This document shows, piece after piece, positions 32,853-43,309 of a DNA stretch of 64,000 nt; the stretch's first letter is position 1, and each line of letters starts with the position of its first letter. The notes below the pieces were generated by a model, which was given only the letters and a program-made list of their open reading frames with translations, did no database searches and had not been told where the DNA came from. This stretch comes from Vulcanimicrobiota bacterium. GTDB taxonomy: Bacteria; Vulcanimicrobiota; Vulcanimicrobiia; Vulcanimicrobiales; Vulcanimicrobiaceae. The stretch spans positions 15,946-79,945 of the forward strand of contig CAWGBN010000001.1 of the NCBI GenBank assembly GCA_963820825.1. The letters run 5' to 3'. A program made the position numbers and the translations under genes.

Positions 32853-34070
32853 CTATTCTCCTATCGCCTGAGGTGAGAGACGCCAAAGCCACGCGATTCC
32901 GACGAACGTCTCACCCAATGCTAATGTGAAGGCGATGCGGGAGGGCGCTCCGCCGCTAGTCACGCGCAAATACATTAAGACGAGCCCCGTAAACGCCGGA
33001 GCAATGATCTGCGGCAGAACGATCGCAAGATTCCAAACTCCCATCGCTGCCGCCATCGCACCGCGCGGCAAGACCCTGCAGGCAATCGCCCAGTCCGCAA
33101 CGAGAAATACGCCCCATCCAATTCCTGCGACAACGGTCGCTGCTATTGCCAACCAAAGGGCGTGGGCGAGAATGAAGATCGCTAGCGCGAGCATGAATCC
33201 GGCCCCGCCCAATGTCGCGACCAACCGCTTATCTACTTTATCGCTTGGCTGCGCCGCGAGCGCGGCGCCCAACGCTCCGACGATCGTAAAGCTGACGATC
33301 AAGATGCCGGTCTTTTCCTTAGCATCGGTAAGTCCGCTCGTGCCCAGCAACGCCTCGACGTAGAATAGCAGGTAGCCGAGGAGCGTGTAGAACCCGATGT
33401 AGACGAGCGCACGTGAGACAAAAAGGTCGACGAACGGCCTGGTAACGCGCAACGGCTCGCCGGTCTCGGTGCTCCCGCGCAGCGGTAGTCTGCGCGCGTG
33501 CACCGACGTGACCGCGCAGGTCAGGAGCAGAAGTCCACCGAGTGATGCGGCGAGCGCCGAGGCGTTCGCGATAAAGCTGGCCGCGAGCCCGCCGATCGCG
33601 TTTCCCGCCGATTGGAGTGCCGCCATCCAGGACGAGGCAATGCCGATACGCGTACGCTCGATGAAGTCGGGAATTATCGCTTGATACGGACCGTTCGCGA
33701 CGTTGAGCGCCGCTTGCAGCACGACGAAGGCAACCGTCAGCGCCAAGAATGTGCGCGCTTCGTAAAAGAACCCGAGCGCGGCCGCGCCGCCAACCGCACC
33801 GACGACGTAGAATTCGACGCGCCGGCTTCCCTTGCGCCGGAGTGCGTCGGAGTACGGACCGATCAGAATCTGCACCACCGCCGCCGTGGACGCACCGATC
33901 ATGGCCAGCCGGCTGTACGCAATGACCGCGTCGTGGGCGACCAGCTCGATCGTGCGGGATTGCAGCGAGATCCCCAAGAGCGCGCCCCAGACGGCCTGAA
34001 TGCCGAGCCAAAAGAGTGCGAGCCGCAGCGGGTTCGGTGCGCCGGCCCCGTTATTCGTGGGCGCAGGCAT
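32853..34070 (-). CDS. MFS transporter
   Basis: About 12 TM helices; GPYSDALRRKGSRR, NVANGPYQAIIPD, SDKVDKR. Confidence 0.9.
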   Translation of the reverse strand: MPAPTNNGAGAPNPLRLALFWLGIQAVWGALLGISLQSRTIELVAHDAVIAYSRLAMIGASTAAVVQILIGPYSDALRRKGSRRVEFYVVGAVGGAAALGFFYEARTFLALTVAFVVLQAALNVANGPYQAIIPDFIERTRIGIASSWMAALQSAGNAIGGLAASFIANASALAASLGGLLLLTCAVTSVHARRLPLRGSTETGEPLRVTRPFVDLFVSRALVYIGFYTLLGYLLFYVEALLGTSGLTDAKEKTGILIVSFTIVGALGAALAAQPSDKVDKRLVATLGGAGFMLALAIFILAHALWLAIAATVVAGIGWGVFLVADWAIACRVLPRGAMAAAMGVWNLAIVLPQIIAPAFTGLVLMYLRVTSGGAPSRIAFTLALGETFVGIAWLWRLSPQAIGE

Positions 34071-34782
34071 AACGATACTCGTCGATGGTATCGACGTCGA
34101 AGGCAAGTTCGGGGGCGCAGCCCCGCAGCGCTTGCGCCGGTACCTGCAGTACGTGCAACGCCATCGTCTCCAAGTCCGAGACTCGTAACCGCCCGGATAA
34201 GAACCGGATCAAAACCGCCGGTCCCACCAAGCTTGCCATGCGCCACGGCCGTTTGCGTGCTTCGAAGAAGCGCGTCGCGATCGCGGCGAGCTTCTCGGTC
34301 GCTCCCTGCGGAATCGAAAACAGCCCGCCGTTGACCACGCGTTCGCGCGCGAGGGTGATGCCGACGGGCGGAGCGTCGGGGAAACGCGCGATAAAGTCTC
34401 CGTGCTCTGAGAGTGCGACCGCGAGGGTGCCCTGACCGACGCGATTGAGAAAATCGCCGATCGCCGGGGCCGTGACGTAGGGAAGGTCGCTCGTCGCGTA
34501 GATGAGCCGCTCGTCTTGCGGCCACGCGCGCAGCGCGCGCAGTAAATTCTCGCTCCCTGAAGGGCTTTCTTCAACGAAACGATCGATCGCCGATCCGCAA
34601 GCCCGGCGCACTTCCTGCCCGCCCACGACGGCGATCTCACCCACCCCCGCCTCGCGCAACGCCGCGAGCATTCGCTCCAACATCGTCGCGCCTCGCACCG
34701 GCGCAAGCGCTTTGACGTCGGTGCCGGCCGCTTGCGCGAACGCGCCGTCGATGCGCCCGCCGGCCGTAACGACCGCCTTCAT
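34051..34782 (-). CDS. MobA-like NTP transferase domain protein
   Basis: AVVTAGG, KALAPV.G.TMLE, TSDLPYV, FDVDT. Confidence 0.85.
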   Translation of the reverse strand: MKAVVTAGGRIDGAFAQAAGTDVKALAPVRGATMLERMLAALREAGVGEIAVVGGQEVRRACGSAIDRFVEESPSGSENLLRALRAWPQDERLIYATSDLPYVTAPAIGDFLNRVGQGTLAVALSEHGDFIARFPDAPPVGITLARERVVNGGLFSIPQGATEKLAAIATRFFEARKRPWRMASLVGPAVLIRFLSGRLRVSDLETMALHVLQVPAQALRGCAPELAFDVDTIDEYRYACAHE

Positions 34783-34788
34783 ACACGA

Positions 34789-34888
34789 GAGGCTCTGATT
34801 TGCCGCATCTCGTTGTCGCCTCAGGCCTCAATTACCCACAGTAAACTTCGGCCTTCGGCTCCTAGAGCTGCATCCAAATCAGAGCCTC
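34789..34888. repeat. 100-bp MITE-like element with perfect 14-bp terminal inverted repeats
   Basis: GAGGCTCTGATTTG (34789-34802) / CAAATCAGAGCCTC (34875-34888); nested AGGCC/GGCCT and TTAC/GTAA pairings. Confidence 0.7.
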
Positions 34889-34909
34889 CTAAGAGCTTAT
34901 CTAAGCTCT

Positions 34910-35296
34910 TTACTTTTTGGCGATGGTCTTCTTCTTGCCGGCCACCGTGCGCTTGGGACCTTTGCGCGTGCGCGCGTTCGTCTTGGTGCGCTGCCCGCGA
35001 ACGGGCAGGCCGCGGCGGTGGCGCAGGCCGCGGTAGCAGCCGATATCCATCAGTCGTTTGATATTCCCCTGCACCTCGCGCCGCAGGTCGCCTTCGACAC
35101 GAAGCTGCAGCGAATCGATCGCGTCGCGCAGCTTCTTCTCGTCTTCCTCGCTCATGGCCTTGACGCGCAGGTCGGGATCGACGCCGGTAAACGCCAGCAG
35201 CTTACGCGCGGTCGCGGGACCGATACCGAAAATATAGGTCAATGCGATCTCGACGCGCTTCTCGCGCGGCAGATCGATACCAGCAATACGAGCCAT
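34910..35296 (-). CDS. rpsM: 30S ribosomal protein S13
   Basis: [37 protein letters not shown]. Confidence 0.99.
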   Translation of the reverse strand: MARIAGIDLPREKRVEIALTYIFGIGPATARKLLAFTGVDPDLRVKAMSEEDEKKLRDAIDSLQLRVEGDLRREVQGNIKRLMDIGCYRGLRHRRGLPVRGQRTKTNARTRKGPKRTVAGKKKTIAKK

Positions 35297-35319
35297 TATT
35301 AGTTTCCTCTTTGCCTTTA

Positions 35320-35351
35320 GTCCTGAGCTTGTCGAAGGGCTGTCGAAGGAC
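35320..35351. repeat. REP-like palindrome, copy 2, with internal TGTCGAAGG duplication
   Basis: GTCCTGAGCTTGTCGAAGGGCTGTCGAAGGAC between rpmJ and rpsM. Confidence 0.75.
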
Positions 35352-35353
35352 CT

Positions 35354-35470
35354 TTATCCCTGAACCTGCTTGTGCTTGGGATTCACGTCGCAGATCACGC
35401 GAACTTTCCCGTGACGGCGAATGATCTTGCACTTTTCGCAAATTTTCTTGACCGATGGTCTAACTTTCAT
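35354..35470 (-). CDS. rpmJ: 50S ribosomal protein L36 (not in the supplied ORF track)
   Basis: Manual translation [38 protein letters not shown]. Confidence 0.98.
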   Translation of the reverse strand: MKVRPSVKKICEKCKIIRRHGKVRVICDVNPKHKQVQG

Positions 35471-35472
35471 CG

Positions 35473-35760
35473 CTATTTATACCTGTACGTTATTCTGCCG
35501 TGGGTGAGATCGTACGGCGACAGCTCCACGAGCACGCGATCGCCGGGAAGGACGCGGATGTAGTTCATCCGGATCTTTCCGGAGACGTGCGCGAGGACGC
35601 GGTGCCCGCTCGTGAGCTCGACCCGGAACATTGCATTCGGCAACGGCTCCACGATCGTGCCCTCCACCTCGATTGCCTCTTCCTTCGGGGTGGTCGTCTT
35701 TGCGGCTTTCTCCGCGCTGGCCTTACCGCGCGGAGCACGTCCACCGCGCCGGCGAGCCAT
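35473..35760 (-). CDS. infA: Translation initiation factor IF-1 with basic N-terminal extension
   Basis: [46 protein letters not shown]. Confidence 0.97.
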   Translation of the reverse strand: MARRRGGRAPRGKASAEKAAKTTTPKEEAIEVEGTIVEPLPNAMFRVELTSGHRVLAHVSGKIRMNYIRVLPGDRVLVELSPYDLTHGRITYRYK

Positions 35761-35777
35761 TCTAAGAACCCACCATT

Positions 35778-36581
35778 CTACACGATGGCTTCCTGCTCCG
35801 GGCGATACTGCTCGATCGCCGGATCCTCCGCATAATCGCGGAGCGTTAGGACTTTCGGACCCTGCTCCGTTACCGCGATCGTATGCTCGAAGTGCGCTGC
35901 GAGCTTACCATCTGCGGTCACGACCGTCCAGCCGTCGGAGAGGATCTTGATCTTGGGACCTCCTTGCGTAATCATCGGTTCGATAGCGAGCACCAAGCCC
36001 GGACGCAGCTCGATGCCCGTCCCGGGCTCGCCATAGTTTGGCACCTGCGGCTCCTCGTGCATCGCCCGTCCGACGCCGTGACCGACCAGCTCGCGAACGA
36101 CGCCGTAACCGTGGCGCTCGGCGTACTCCTGAACGGCCGCTCCGATGTCGCCGACGTGATTGCCGCGCTTCATCTGAGCGATGCCAGCCGTCAGCGATGC
36201 CTGCGTGACCTCGAGCAGACGGCGCGCCTCCTGCGAGATGTTGCCGACCGGAATCGTCACCGCGCTATCGCTCACGTAGCCGTCGAGCGTCGTGCCGATG
36301 TCGATCGAGAGCAGATCGCCCTCGGCGAGCACCCGCGACCCGGGGATACCGTGCACGACCTCGTCGTTGACCGAGGCGCAGATCGAACCCGGAAACCCAT
36401 TGTAGCCTTTGAACGTCGGAACGCCGCCCGCGTCGCGGATTCCCGATTCGGCGAGACGGTCGAGCTCATCGGTCGTCATGCCGGGGCGCGCCGCTTTCAT
36501 CAATGCGGTCAATACCTTCGCGGTGATCTTGCCGCTTCGCCGCATCGCCTCGATCTCGCGTGCCGACTTTAACGCAACCAT
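35778..36581 (-). CDS. map: Methionine aminopeptidase type I
   Basis: [32 protein letters not shown]. Confidence 0.98.
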   Translation of the reverse strand: MVALKSAREIEAMRRSGKITAKVLTALMKAARPGMTTDELDRLAESGIRDAGGVPTFKGYNGFPGSICASVNDEVVHGIPGSRVLAEGDLLSIDIGTTLDGYVSDSAVTIPVGNISQEARRLLEVTQASLTAGIAQMKRGNHVGDIGAAVQEYAERHGYGVVRELVGHGVGRAMHEEPQVPNYGEPGTGIELRPGLVLAIEPMITQGGPKIKILSDGWTVVTADGKLAAHFEHTIAVTEQGPKVLTLRDYAEDPAIEQYRPEQEAIV

Positions 36582-36590
36582 CGGTCGCCT

Positions 36591-37244
36591 TTATTGCCGC
36601 GCGTGTTCCGCGGCGATCGCGGAGGCAATCTTCTCGGCGACCGCGGCGAAGCTTTGGAGCGCATCGACCTCGGTAAGAATGCCGGCCTTGCGATAGTATT
36701 CGACGAGCGGACGCGTCTGGCGATCGTAGACGTCTAGGCGTTTCGCAACCGTCTCGGGACGATCGTCTTCACGCTGCACGAGCTCACCGCCATCCTCGTC
36801 ATCGATTCCGGCAACCTTCGGCGGGTTCGTCAACGCGTTGTAGGTTCGCCCGGTGCGCGGATTCGTCCAACGCGCCGCAAGCCGAGCCACGAGCGCGGAG
36901 CGTTTTCCATCGAAGAGCACCGCCGCGTTGAGCGGCGTCCCGCGACGCGCAAGCAGCGCGTCGAGTGCCTCGGCCTGCGCCACGGTTCGCGGGAACCCAT
37001 CCATGATGAAGCCGTCGGGGGTCCGTTCGAGCTCGTGCTCGATCATCTCGATCACGAGCTGGTCGGGAACGAGCTGCCCGCGCTGCATGTATCCTTCGGC
37101 CTCTTTGCCGAGCCCGGTCCCGCGCGCGAGGTTCTCACGCAGAATGTCGCCGGTTGAGATCTGCTTTAAGCCGAAACGATCGTGGAGCAGCCGCGCCTGG
37201 GTGCCCTTACCCGCACCCGGCGGTCCCAAAAAGACCACACGCAT
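36591..37244 (-). CDS. adk: Adenylate kinase
   Basis: GPPGAGKGTQA, ISTGDILR, DGFPRT, QREDD. Confidence 0.98.
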   Translation of the reverse strand: MRVVFLGPPGAGKGTQARLLHDRFGLKQISTGDILRENLARGTGLGKEAEGYMQRGQLVPDQLVIEMIEHELERTPDGFIMDGFPRTVAQAEALDALLARRGTPLNAAVLFDGKRSALVARLAARWTNPRTGRTYNALTNPPKVAGIDDEDGGELVQREDDRPETVAKRLDVYDRQTRPLVEYYRKAGILTEVDALQSFAAVAEKIASAIAAEHARQ

Positions 37245-37259
37245 GCCGCGCTTCCTCAC

Positions 37260-38576
37260 CTACCGCTTGATGAAGCCGCGATAATCGCGCATAGCGAGCC
37301 GCGCCTCGATCTGCGTGATCGTGTCGAGCGCCACACCGACAACGATGAGCAGCGACGTCGAGCCGAGGTAGAAGGTCGTCACCGAGAGACCGCGCTGGAG
37401 CGCGCCGGGCAAGACCGCGAGAAGGCCGAGATAGATCGCCGCGGCGGTCGTAATCCGCATCAGGATCTTGTTGAGATAATCGACCGTCGGCTGGCCCGGC
37501 CGAATTCCCGGTATAAAGGCGCCGGTCTTCTTCAAATTGTCGGCGACGTCTCGGGTGTTGAGCACGATCGAGCTGTAGAAGAACGTGAAGACGACGACGA
37601 GCAAAAAGTAGACGATGTTGTAGAGCAGACCGTTGGGACTGAACCAGACGTTGAGCCAGGCCGAGACGTTTGCGAGCACGTGCTGGATGCCGCCGGCGTT
37701 CGCGGCGGCGGCCTGGCCGCGCCCGAACCACGAAAGCGCCTGCTGCGGCAATAAGAGAATCGAAATCGCAAAGATGATCGAGATTACGCCCGCGTTGTTG
37801 AGCCGAAGCGGAATGTAGGTCGAGCGCCCTGCGAACATCTTGCGACCGACGACGCGCCGCGCTTGCTGAACCGGCACGCGCCGCTGTCCCTGATACAGGA
37901 AGACGATGGAAACAATTACGACGATCGCGATCGCGACGTAGAGGACCAGGTTAAGAATCGATTCTGCGCCCTGGCTGGTCGAGGCATACGTCTGCTTGAC
38001 GTACTGGGGATAGCGCAGCACGATACCGATGAAGATGATCAGCGAGACGCCGTTTCCGATTCCCTTATCGCTGATCTGCTCGCCGAGCCACATGAGGAAG
38101 AGCGTCCCACCGACCATCGCGACGATCGCGTAGAGCAGATACCAGGTGCTCGTATCGTAGAAGACGCCGGAGCGCTCCATCGAGATCGCCATGAAGGTGC
38201 CCTGAACCGCCGCTAGGACGATCGTCAGCCAGCGCGTGTACTGACTGATCTTTTTCCGGCCCTCCTCGCCGCCTTTCTTGGCCATCTCTTCGAGCTGCGG
38301 GAGCACCACCGTCATCAGCTGCATGATGATCGAAGCGTTGATGTAGGGCGTGATGCCCATGGCGATGATCGAGAGCTTCTGAAGGGCGCCGCCGGAGAGG
38401 AAGCCCAGCAAATTATAAAAGGCGCCGCTCTGCAGCACTCGCTGCCAGGCCGCTTCGTTCACGTTGGGAAGCTGCACGTGGATCATGAAGACGAACCACG
38501 CGAAGGCGAAGAGTACGAAGAGAATGCGCTGGCGGATCTCGGGGACGAGCACCGCCGCCCGCAGGTTGTCGAACAC
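37260..38576 (-). CDS. secY: Preprotein translocase SecY
   Basis: MGITPYINASIIMQL, WLGEQIS..GIGNG.SLII, IPGIRPG, TSLLIVVGV. Confidence 0.99.
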   Translation of the reverse strand: MFDNLRAAVLVPEIRQRILFVLFAFAWFVFMIHVQLPNVNEAAWQRVLQSGAFYNLLGFLSGGALQKLSIIAMGITPYINASIIMQLMTVVLPQLEEMAKKGGEEGRKKISQYTRWLTIVLAAVQGTFMAISMERSGVFYDTSTWYLLYAIVAMVGGTLFLMWLGEQISDKGIGNGVSLIIFIGIVLRYPQYVKQTYASTSQGAESILNLVLYVAIAIVVIVSIVFLYQGQRRVPVQQARRVVGRKMFAGRSTYIPLRLNNAGVISIIFAISILLLPQQALSWFGRGQAAAANAGGIQHVLANVSAWLNVWFSPNGLLYNIVYFLLVVVFTFFYSSIVLNTRDVADNLKKTGAFIPGIRPGQPTVDYLNKILMRITTAAAIYLGLLAVLPGALQRGLSVTTFYLGSTSLLIVVGVALDTITQIEARLAMRDYRGFIKR

Positions 38577-39082
38577 TAGAGTCCTTCGCTCGGGGTGAGA
38601 TCGGCGATGGTGGCGCCGGCGGCAACGAGCGCGTCGCGCGCGCTCTTGGAGAAGAGTACGTCGCGCAGCCGCAGACCGGCCGGCAGCGCCGTCCCGGCAC
38701 CGGCGCCGAGGATCTTGATGCCGTCGCGCTCCGATTTGACCAGACCGCGCTCGCAGAGCGATTCCGGAGTGATCTCCACCGCCGGATCCCACTGCGCCAA
38801 GCGATTCAAGCTCACGACTGCGAGCCGGGAGCCGAAGTGGCCCCGGTCGCGCGCTTTCTGCGAGTAGCCGCGGCGATGCGGAAGGCGACGCGCCCAAGCG
38901 GTCTGCCCACCTTCGAAGGCCGGGCCCTTACCGCCGCCGGAACGCACGGTCTGTCCCTTGCCGCCTTCGCCGCCGGTCTTCACCATGCCTGAGCCGTGGC
39001 CGCGGCCGATGCGTTGCCGCTTCGGACGGCTTCCGGGCGCGGGTTTGAGCGCTCCCAGTTTCAGGATCGTCTTCTCTGCCAT
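38576..39082 (-). CDS. rplO: 50S ribosomal protein L15
   Basis: RIGRGHGSG, KGQTVRSG, FEGGQT. Confidence 0.97.
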   Translation of the reverse strand: MAEKTILKLGALKPAPGSRPKRQRIGRGHGSGMVKTGGEGGKGQTVRSGGGKGPAFEGGQTAWARRLPHRRGYSQKARDRGHFGSRLAVVSLNRLAQWDPAVEITPESLCERGLVKSERDGIKILGAGAGTALPAGLRLRDVLFSKSARDALVAAGATIADLTPSEGL

Positions 39083-39086
39083 TGTT

Positions 39087-39596
39087 TTATGCCACGTAAA
39101 TTTCTTTGACGGTCTTGCCGCGCATCGCCGCGACCTGCTCGGCCGTTCGGAGCGATTTCAGCGCGGAAACGGTTGCCATGACCACGTTGATCGGGTTGTT
39201 GGTGCCCAGACACTTCGTCAGAATGTCGTGAATGCCGGCGAGCTCGAGAACGGCGCGCATCGAACCGCCCGCGATGACGCCCGTGCCGGGCGCTGCCGGT
39301 TTGAGCAGCACGGTTGCGGCGCCGACCTCGTGGCGCACTTCGTGCGGAATCGTCTTCTCGACCATCGCCACCGTAATCATGCTCTTACGCGCCTGTTCGA
39401 CGGCTTTGCGAATCGCTTCGGGGACTTCGGCGGCCTTACCGATTGCAAAGCCGACCTTGCCCTTGCGATCGCCGACGACCACGAGCGCGCTGAAGCTGAA
39501 GCGCTTTCCGCCTTTGACGACCTTGGCGACGCGGTTGACGCGGACGACCGTCTCATCAAGCCCGCTGCCGTCGCGTTCGCGTCCACGATACTGCAT
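39087..39596 (-). CDS. rpsE: 30S ribosomal protein S5
   Basis: [32 protein letters not shown]. Confidence 0.99.
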   Translation of the reverse strand: MQYRGRERDGSGLDETVVRVNRVAKVVKGGKRFSFSALVVVGDRKGKVGFAIGKAAEVPEAIRKAVEQARKSMITVAMVEKTIPHEVRHEVGAATVLLKPAAPGTGVIAGGSMRAVLELAGIHDILTKCLGTNNPINVVMATVSALKSLRTAEQVAAMRGKTVKEIYVA

Positions 39597-39955
39597 CAGA
39601 AATTCAACCCCGCTTCACGAGCCGCGTCGGCGAGTGCCCGCACGCGCCCGTGATACTTGTAACCGCCGCGATCGAAGACCACGTCGGAGATGCCCGCCGC
39701 CTTCGCTTTGGCTGCGAGTGCGCTCCCCACGGCCTTTGCGGCGTCTACGTTGGTTTTCGAGGCGAGCTCGCCGGCGAGCGACGCATCGCGAGTCGATGCC
39801 GATGCCAGCGTGTGGCCGCGCGCGTCGTCGACGAGCATCGCATAGAGATGATGGAGCGACCGCCGCACGCAGAGCCGCGGACGCTCTTGCGTTCCCGACA
39901 GCTTTTTGCGTAGGCGTACGTGACGCTCGCGACGCGCGTGCGCTTTGCTCGTCAC
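39596..39955 (-). CDS. rplR: 50S ribosomal protein L18
   Basis: [23 protein letters not shown]. Confidence 0.99.
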   Translation of the reverse strand: MTSKAHARRERHVRLRKKLSGTQERPRLCVRRSLHHLYAMLVDDARGHTLASASTRDASLAGELASKTNVDAAKAVGSALAAKAKAAGISDVVFDRGGYKYHGRVRALADAAREAGLNF

Positions 39956-40503
39956 TTCTTCGCCGCCTTTCCAGCCTTACCGAGCTTCTTGCGGATCCGT
40001 TCGCCCTCGTAGCGGATGCCTTTGCCCTTATAGGGCTCGGGCTTGCGCAGGCGGCGGATGTCGGCGGCAACCTGGCCGACGACTTGTTTGTCGATGCCCT
40101 CGACGTGGATCTTGTTCTGCCCCTCGACGCTCAGTGCGACGCCGTTGGGCGGCTCGAAGGTGACCGGATGCGAATAGCCCAGGCTCAAATTCAAGCGCTC
40201 GCCCGACTTGGCGACGCGGTAACCGACGCCGCTGATCTCGAGGCTCTTGCGAAAGCCTTTGCTGACGCCTTCGACCATATTGGCGATGAGCGTACGGGTC
40301 AATCCGTGCGCGCTGCGATGCGCCTTCGCATCGCCTTTCCGCTCGACGACAACCTTGCCGTCATTCAGCGTGACGTCGACGACGTCGGAGAGAATGTGCT
40401 GGCGCAATTGACCCTTCGGACCGGTTACCGACACGGTACCGGCCTCAACCTTGACCTCAACGCCCGTCGGAACCGCGACGGGAAGCTTTCCTATCCGCGA
40501 CAT
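39952..40503 (-). CDS. rplF: 50S ribosomal protein L6
   Basis: [24 protein letters not shown]. Confidence 0.99.
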   Translation of the reverse strand: MSRIGKLPVAVPTGVEVKVEAGTVSVTGPKGQLRQHILSDVVDVTLNDGKVVVERKGDAKAHRSAHGLTRTLIANMVEGVSKGFRKSLEISGVGYRVAKSGERLNLSLGYSHPVTFEPPNGVALSVEGQNKIHVEGIDKQVVGQVAADIRRLRKPEPYKGKGIRYEGERIRKKLGKAGKAAKK

Positions 40504-40506
40504 GAC

Positions 40507-40905
40507 TCACCACACATATGCGAGGACCTCTCCTCCGACGCCCTGTTTCTTCGCTCGCTTGCCGGACATGATCCCTTGGGGCGTCGAGATGATCACCAGC
40601 CCGAGACCGCCGAGCACGCGTGGGATCTCGGTCTTGCGCGTGTAGACGCGCAGCCCGGGGCGCGAGATGCGGCGCAGGCCTGTGATGATCTTCTCCTTCT
40701 CCGGCCCATAGCGAAGAGCGATGCGGATCGTGCCCTGCGGCCCGCCGTCGATTCGCTCGAAACTTTCGATGAACCCCTCGTCCCGCAAGATCTGCGCGAT
40801 CGCCGCCTTGACGCGCGAAGCCGGCACGTCGACCGTTCTGTGGTTCGCCGTGTTCGCGTTGCGAATGCGCGTCAGCATGTCGGCAATCGGATCGGTTACG
40901 GACAT
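40507..40905 (-). CDS. rpsH: 30S ribosomal protein S8
   Basis: [32 protein letters not shown]. Confidence 0.99.
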   Translation of the reverse strand: MSVTDPIADMLTRIRNANTANHRTVDVPASRVKAAIAQILRDEGFIESFERIDGGPQGTIRIALRYGPEKEKIITGLRRISRPGLRVYTRKTEIPRVLGGLGLVIISTPQGIMSGKRAKKQGVGGEVLAYVW

Positions 40906-40918
40906 TTGACTCTCTCCC

Positions 40919-41104
40919 TCACCACGACGCCTTGGTCACGCCGGGAACGACGCCGGCGTGCGCGTTTTCGCGGAAACAGATGCGGCACATCGCGAACTTA
41001 CGGAGATATCCGCGGGGCCGTCCGCAGACGCGGCAACGGTTGTGGCGGCGTACGCCAAACTTCGGGTCGCGCCGCGACTTGATGATCAGACTCGTCTTTG
41101 CCAC
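40919..41104 (-). CDS. rpsZ: 30S ribosomal protein S14 (Zn-binding type Z)
   Basis: [26 protein letters not shown], 61 aa. Confidence 0.98.
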   Translation of the reverse strand: MAKTSLIIKSRRDPKFGVRRHNRCRVCGRPRGYLRKFAMCRICFRENAHAGVVPGVTKASW

Positions 41105-41655
41105 TAGCCACGCCCTTTCTGCAACGGAAGGCCCATCGCGACGAGAAACTCCGAAGCCTCTTCGTCGGTCTTCGCGGTGGTCACGATCGTGACGTCCATG
41201 CCGCGCGCCTTGTCGACCTTGTCGAAGTTGATCTCCGGAAAGACGAGCTGCTCTTTGAGGCCCAAGTTGTAGTTGCCCCGCCCGTCGAACGATTTCGGGG
41301 GAAGCCCGCGAAAGTCGCGGATACGCGGCAGCACCACGTTGAAGAGCTTGTCGACGAAGACGTACATCCGGTCGCCGCGCAGCGTCACCTTCGCGCCGAG
41401 GTTCGTTCCCTCGCGAAGCTTGAAAGCCGCAATCGACTTCTTCGCTTTGGTTACGATGGGACGCTGCCCCGTAATCGCGGTCAGGTCGCTCACCGCGGCG
41501 TCGAGCGCTTTAGGATTGACGATGGCCTCTCCAACGCTGACGTTCACGACGACCTTCTCCAGCTTCGGGATTTGGTTGACGTTCTTATAACCGAAGCGCT
41601 CTTGCAGCTTCGGGCGAACTTGCTTCTCGTACATTTCTCGTAGCCGCTCGGCCAT
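41104..41655 (-). CDS. rplE: 50S ribosomal protein L5
   Basis: [25 protein letters not shown]. Confidence 0.99.
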   Translation of the reverse strand: MAERLREMYEKQVRPKLQERFGYKNVNQIPKLEKVVVNVSVGEAIVNPKALDAAVSDLTAITGQRPIVTKAKKSIAAFKLREGTNLGAKVTLRGDRMYVFVDKLFNVVLPRIRDFRGLPPKSFDGRGNYNLGLKEQLVFPEINFDKVDKARGMDVTIVTTAKTDEEASEFLVAMGLPLQKGRG

Positions 41656-41664
41656 GAATGCTCC

Positions 41665-42018
41665 CTATGCCTCCTTTGCCGAGTCGCGCGCGGGCTCACC
41701 GCAACGAGCGCAGATGCGATGCACCACGCCGTCGGCCGTTCGTCCGCGGCGCAGCCGCGTCGGCGTCTTGCACTTCTCGCAGACGTATTGCAGCGCGGAG
41801 AGCGGCAGCGCCGACTCCTTCTCGATGATCCCACCGGTCTGGGTCGCGCCGCCCATGTTGCTCGACTTCGTGCCCTGTTTCGTATGACGTTTGACGATGT
41901 TGACGCCCTCGACCGTTGCGGTCCGAGCGCCCTGGATCGCCTTGACGGTGCCGCGCTTCCCGCGCTCCTTGCCGCGACGGACCACGACCGTATCGCCCTT
42001 GAGTATCGTTGCCTTCAT
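41665..42018 (-). CDS. rplX: 50S ribosomal protein L24
   Basis: [33 protein letters not shown]-terminal CEKC/CARC. Confidence 0.97.
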   Translation of the reverse strand: MKATILKGDTVVVRRGKERGKRGTVKAIQGARTATVEGVNIVKRHTKQGTKSSNMGGATQTGGIIEKESALPLSALQYVCEKCKTPTRLRRGRTADGVVHRICARCGEPARDSAKEA

Positions 42019-42024
42019 TCTCTC

Positions 42025-42402
42025 TTATAAGACCTCGGGCGCGAGCGAAGCGATCTTGAGGAAGCCGCGTTCGCGCAGTTCGCGCATCACGGGCCCGAAG
42101 ACGCGCGTCCCGCGCGGGTCGAGGTTATCCTTTTCACCTTTGATAATTACGCACGCGTTGTCGTCGCAACGCACGACCGATCCGTCGACGCGCCGAATCG
42201 GCGCGCTCGTCCGGACGACCACCGCCTTGACGACCTGTCCCTTCTTGACGGCAGCCCCCGGAATCGCACTCTTGACCGTTCCGACGACGATGTCGCCGAC
42301 GTGCGCGTAGACGTGCCGTCCGCCGCCGCTGACATGGATTACCAGAAGCTCGCGCGCGCCGCTGTTGTCGGCGACCTTGAGCCGAGTCTCTTGCTGGATC
42401 AC
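42025..42402 (-). CDS. rplN: 50S ribosomal protein L14
   Basis: [34 protein letters not shown]. Confidence 0.99.
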   Translation of the reverse strand: MIQQETRLKVADNSGARELLVIHVSGGGRHVYAHVGDIVVGTVKSAIPGAAVKKGQVVKAVVVRTSAPIRRVDGSVVRCDDNACVIIKGEKDNLDPRGTRVFGPVMRELRERGFLKIASLAPEVL

Positions 42403-42689
42403 TTCGCGCGCTCCACGATCTCGAGCAACCGCCAGCGCTTCTCGCGCGAGAGCGGCCGGCACTCTACGATCCGAACGACGTCTCCCACATTTGCCTCGTT
42501 GCGCTCGTCGTGAGCCTTGAAACGGGTCGATTTGCGGACGATCTTTCCGTACGCCGAGTGCGGAACGCGCGTCTCTGAGACGACGACGATCGTCTTCGCC
42601 ATTTTGTTCGACGCTACTCGCCCTTGCTTCACGCGGCGCGTGCCTCGGACCAGTCTCTGCTCCTCAGGCGTGTCGTTACGCTGCTCCAT
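42399..42689 (-). CDS. rpsQ: 30S ribosomal protein S17
   Basis: [30 protein letters not shown]. Confidence 0.98.
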   Translation of the reverse strand: MEQRNDTPEEQRLVRGTRRVKQGRVASNKMAKTIVVVSETRVPHSAYGKIVRKSTRFKAHDERNEANVGDVVRIVECRPLSREKRWRLLEIVERAK

Positions 42690-42894
42690 GTTCACCCTCG
42701 GCGAGACGCTTCTCGCAGATGACGGTTTGAATCTGAGCGTAGGAGCGGCGCATCGCCCGGATCTTGCTGAAGTCGGTCAGATGGCCCGTACGCAACGCGA
42801 AGCGCAAATTGAAGAGCTCCGCCTTGGCGTCGCGTGCCTTCTGTTGCAGCTCCTTGATCGTGAGGTCGCGGAGTCCCTCGAGCTCCTTCTTCAC
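42676..42894 (-). CDS. rpmC: 50S ribosomal protein L29
   Basis: ELFNLRF..TGHL, position between rplP and rpsQ. Confidence 0.96.
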   Translation of the reverse strand: MKKELEGLRDLTIKELQQKARDAKAELFNLRFALRTGHLTDFSKIRAMRRSYAQIQTVICEKRLAEGEHGAA

Positions 42895-43308
42895 CTACGT
42901 ATCCTCCCGCGCGACGATCTTCGTACCGATCGGCAGCTTTGCAGCCGCGCGGCGCAGCGCCTCACGGGCGACCGACGGCGCGACTCCGGAGAGTTCGAAG
43001 AGCACGCGGCCCGGGCGAACCACGGCAACCCACAACTCGGGATTGCCTTTACCCGAACCCATGCGAACCTCGGCCGGCTTCTTCGTCACCGGCTTATCGG
43101 GAAAGACTTTGATCCAGACCTTGCCGCCGCGCTTGATGTAGCGCGTCATCGCGATACGGGCTGCTTCGATCTGCCGATTGGACATCCAGCACGGCTCCAT
43201 CGCTTGCAGGCCGTAGTCGCCGAAGCTCAAGGCGTTACCGCGCAACGCCATGCCGGTCATTCGACCGCGCTGGACTTTGCGCCATTTTACGCGTTTGGGT
43301 GTCAACAT
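42895..43308 (-). CDS. rplP: 50S ribosomal protein L16
   Basis: [23 protein letters not shown]. Confidence 0.99.
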   Translation of the reverse strand: MLTPKRVKWRKVQRGRMTGMALRGNALSFGDYGLQAMEPCWMSNRQIEAARIAMTRYIKRGGKVWIKVFPDKPVTKKPAEVRMGSGKGNPELWVAVVRPGRVLFELSGVAPSVAREALRRAAAKLPIGTKIVAREDT

Positions 43309-43309
43309 C

